Source of the DNA: Candidatus Hydrogenedentota bacterium
GTDB lineage: Bacteria; Hydrogenedentota; Hydrogenedentia; Hydrogenedentales; SLHB01
Assembly (NCBI GenBank): GCA_963745075.1
Contig: CAVUWV010000027.1
Span: 1-64,000, forward strand
DNA length: 64,000 nt
Direction of reading: 5' to 3'
Each line of letters opens with the position of its first letter. Within the stretch, counting starts at the first letter, position 1. This document shows, one piece after another, positions 62,131-64,000 of this stretch. Made by a program: the position numbers and the translations under genes. A model generated the notes under the pieces. It searched no databases. It was given only the letters and a program-made list of their open reading frames with translations, and was not told the DNA's origin.

Positions 62131-64000
62131 TCGCACCAATGGACCGGCTCGAAATCGTCTGTATGCGCGAAACGCTGTCGGACATCGTCAATTTGCTTCA
62201 AAATGAAGGGCTTGTCCATATTGAAGAAGTCCCGCTGTCGGTTGCCGACGCGCCCGATTACCTCCGGCGGATTAGTTTGGGAAGCAACCAACAGCACGAA
62301 GCGGAATCACTCGAGCGGTTGTATCGCAGCCTGTCGGAAGTGGTGCCTCTGCTGGCGGTTAAGCCTCCGCAAACCGCAGTCGACGCGGCCGGCCATAGCC
62401 TGAAAGGCAAGACCGAGGCCGAGCTGAGCGACAGAGCCCACTCCTGGATCCGCGAATTGCGGTCATACACGCGCCGGCGCATCAACGTGCAAGACAACAT
62501 CGAGATTCTCACCAGTTTCCGGAAATCGCTCCAGGCCTTGGTGCCCCTGCTCGATGGTCGCGATATCGTTCTCGGTCACGATGCCCGCGCCTTCGTATTG
62601 AAGGGTGAAAGCGCGCGTGTCATCGGCCGCTTGAGCGAACGGTTGCGCGAACAAGTGGGAATCGAATCGCGCCTGGTCCACGAGAAGATTTCACGGAACG
62701 TCGTCGTCGGCGTCATCACCTATCCGCCCGCGCACGATGCTGCCGTCGCGAAACTGCTCAAAGACGAGCAAATCGCGCCAATGGAGCCGCCCGCAAAAGG
62801 CCTTGCCGGCGGAGGCCTCGAGGACGTGCTGCGGAAGGTCGACGAGGCCATCGCCAAGAATCAGGCGGACGAGGCCGAACTGGAAACGGAACGCCGCGCC
62901 CATTCCGAGGAGATCGGCCCTGAATTGATGGTAGTCGAGGCCAAGTTCTCGGATCGGATGTCGCAAATCTCCGCATTGGACCGGTTTGCCCAGAGCGAGA
63001 TGATCGGCGTCATTCACGGCTGGTCGCCTCGCGACGCTTCGGACGAGCTTATCAAGAAGCTGGATGAACGCTTTCCCGGGCAGACCTTGGTCAGCAAGCT
63101 GCCCTTCGGCGAAGTCGACATTCACGAAGTCCCCACGCAGCTTCGCAATCCCGGATGGCTCAAGCCGTTCGAGGTATTGTTGACCCTGTTCAGGCCCCCC
63201 GCGTACGGCACCATGGATGCCACCGCGCTCGTGGCCATTTCCTTTGTCATTTTCTACGGGTTTATTCTCGGAGACGTAGCCTACGGTATCGCGGTCGCCG
63301 CCTTCGGGTACTTTCTCAAGAAGAAATTCGGCCACATTCCCGCGGTGGACGCTGTTGGCACTGTTGCGTACTGGATGGCGGGCAGCACCATATTCTTCGG
63401 CGTTCTCTTTGGAGAGTTCTTCGGCGATTTCGGGGAACGATTCGGGATGCGGGTGCTTTGGTTTCACCGCGGGCACGAACCTATTGTTCTGATGCAATAT
63501 GCGATCGCTTTCGGGGCGATTCACGTTCCGCTCGCGTTGATACTCGGGATTCGGGCCGATTTGATCCATCACCATACCAAGCACGCCGCGGAGAAGTTTG
63601 CACTGTTGCTCGGCCTGCTCGGTATCGGGATTTTTGCGCTCGGCTTCTTTGGCGTCGGGATGTTCGACCACGCGTTCTTCAAGATGGTTTCTGGACTTTG
63701 CCTCGTTGCAATGATCGGAATCCTGGTCTGGGCTGCGGGAGCGATGGCGCCGATCATCGCTTTAGAGGTCGTTTCCCTCGTTGGAAACGTCCTGTCGTAT
63801 TGCCGTTTGATGGCACTCGGGCTGGCAGGCGTTCTCATCGCCGATCTGGCCAACGATATGGGCGGTGCGTTGGGATTGCTTTTGGGAGTCCCGCTGGCCC
63901 TGCTCGTACACACGTTTAATATCGGACTCGGCATGTTCAGTCCAACGATTCACTCCTTGCGCCTGAATTACGTCGAGTTTCTGCCAAAGTTCTATAAACC
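62127..64000 (+). CDS. atpI: A/V-type ATP synthase subunit I (a), runs off window end
   Basis: Absent from the ORF track because there is no stop. Reads MIAPMDRLEIV...GLVHIEE; PTQLRNP..LKPFE; FYGFILGDVAYG; GNVLSYCRLMALGLA; IHSLRLNYVEFLPKFY. Confidence 0.93.
   Translation, partial: MIAPMDRLEIVCMRETLSDIVNLLQNEGLVHIEEVPLSVADAPDYLRRISLGSNQQHEAESLERLYRSLSEVVPLLAVKPPQTAVDAAGHSLKGKTEAELSDRAHSWIRELRSYTRRRINVQDNIEILTSFRKSLQALVPLLDGRDIVLGHDARAFVLKGESARVIGRLSERLREQVGIESRLVHEKISRNVVVGVITYPPAHDAAVAKLLKDEQIAPMEPPAKGLAGGGLEDVLRKVDEAIAKNQADEAELETERRAHSEEIGPELMVVEAKFSDRMSQISALDRFAQSEMIGVIHGWSPRDASDELIKKLDERFPGQTLVSKLPFGEVDIHEVPTQLRNPGWLKPFEVLLTLFRPPAYGTMDATALVAISFVIFYGFILGDVAYGIAVAAFGYFLKKKFGHIPAVDAVGTVAYWMAGSTIFFGVLFGEFFGDFGERFGMRVLWFHRGHEPIVLMQYAIAFGAIHVPLALILGIRADLIHHHTKHAAEKFALLLGLLGIGIFALGFFGVGMFDHAFFKMVSGLCLVAMIGILVWAAGAMAPIIALEVVSLVGNVLSYCRLMALGLAGVLIADLANDMGGALGLLLGVPLALLVHTFNIGLGMFSPTIHSLRLNYVEFLPKFYK

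Overview
GC-rich bacterial window; gene content and style suggest a Hydrogenedentes/PVC-like lineage (inference only). The first ~37.5 kb is one + strand type IV filament supercluster. It opens with the tail of a T2SS operon (gspH-I-J-K-L-M). A pilB-pilT-pilB-pilC module follows, then a GspG-type major pilin and three minor pilins. Next come a ~2,200-aa GspK/PilX-like protein carrying acidic metal-binding repeats and a lamin-tail-like domain, a ~2,080-aa beta-helix/IPT-TIG surface protein and a PEGA-FGE lipoprotein. It closes with a pilMN(fused)-O-P-secretin operon whose secretin has a ~100-aa poly-Gly insert. The remainder holds waaA, a sugar ABC transporter, SCP2, a histone H1-like protein behind a long structured leader, ispA, a RuBisCO-like protein (form IV) operon with sugar-modifying enzymes, MFS, a GT-C protein, RRM, LOG, DLH, a promoter-driven ~124-nt structured RNA candidate, an atypical ychF, an amidohydrolase and the start of an A/V-type ATPase operon. 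Four intergenic hairpin elements built from 6-10-nt microrepeats occur, two of them bracketing the giant tip pilin. Many single-base frameshifts (15.5-34 kb and ispA) are probably uncorrected long-read errors. All assignments come from motif recognition by eye; no searches were run.
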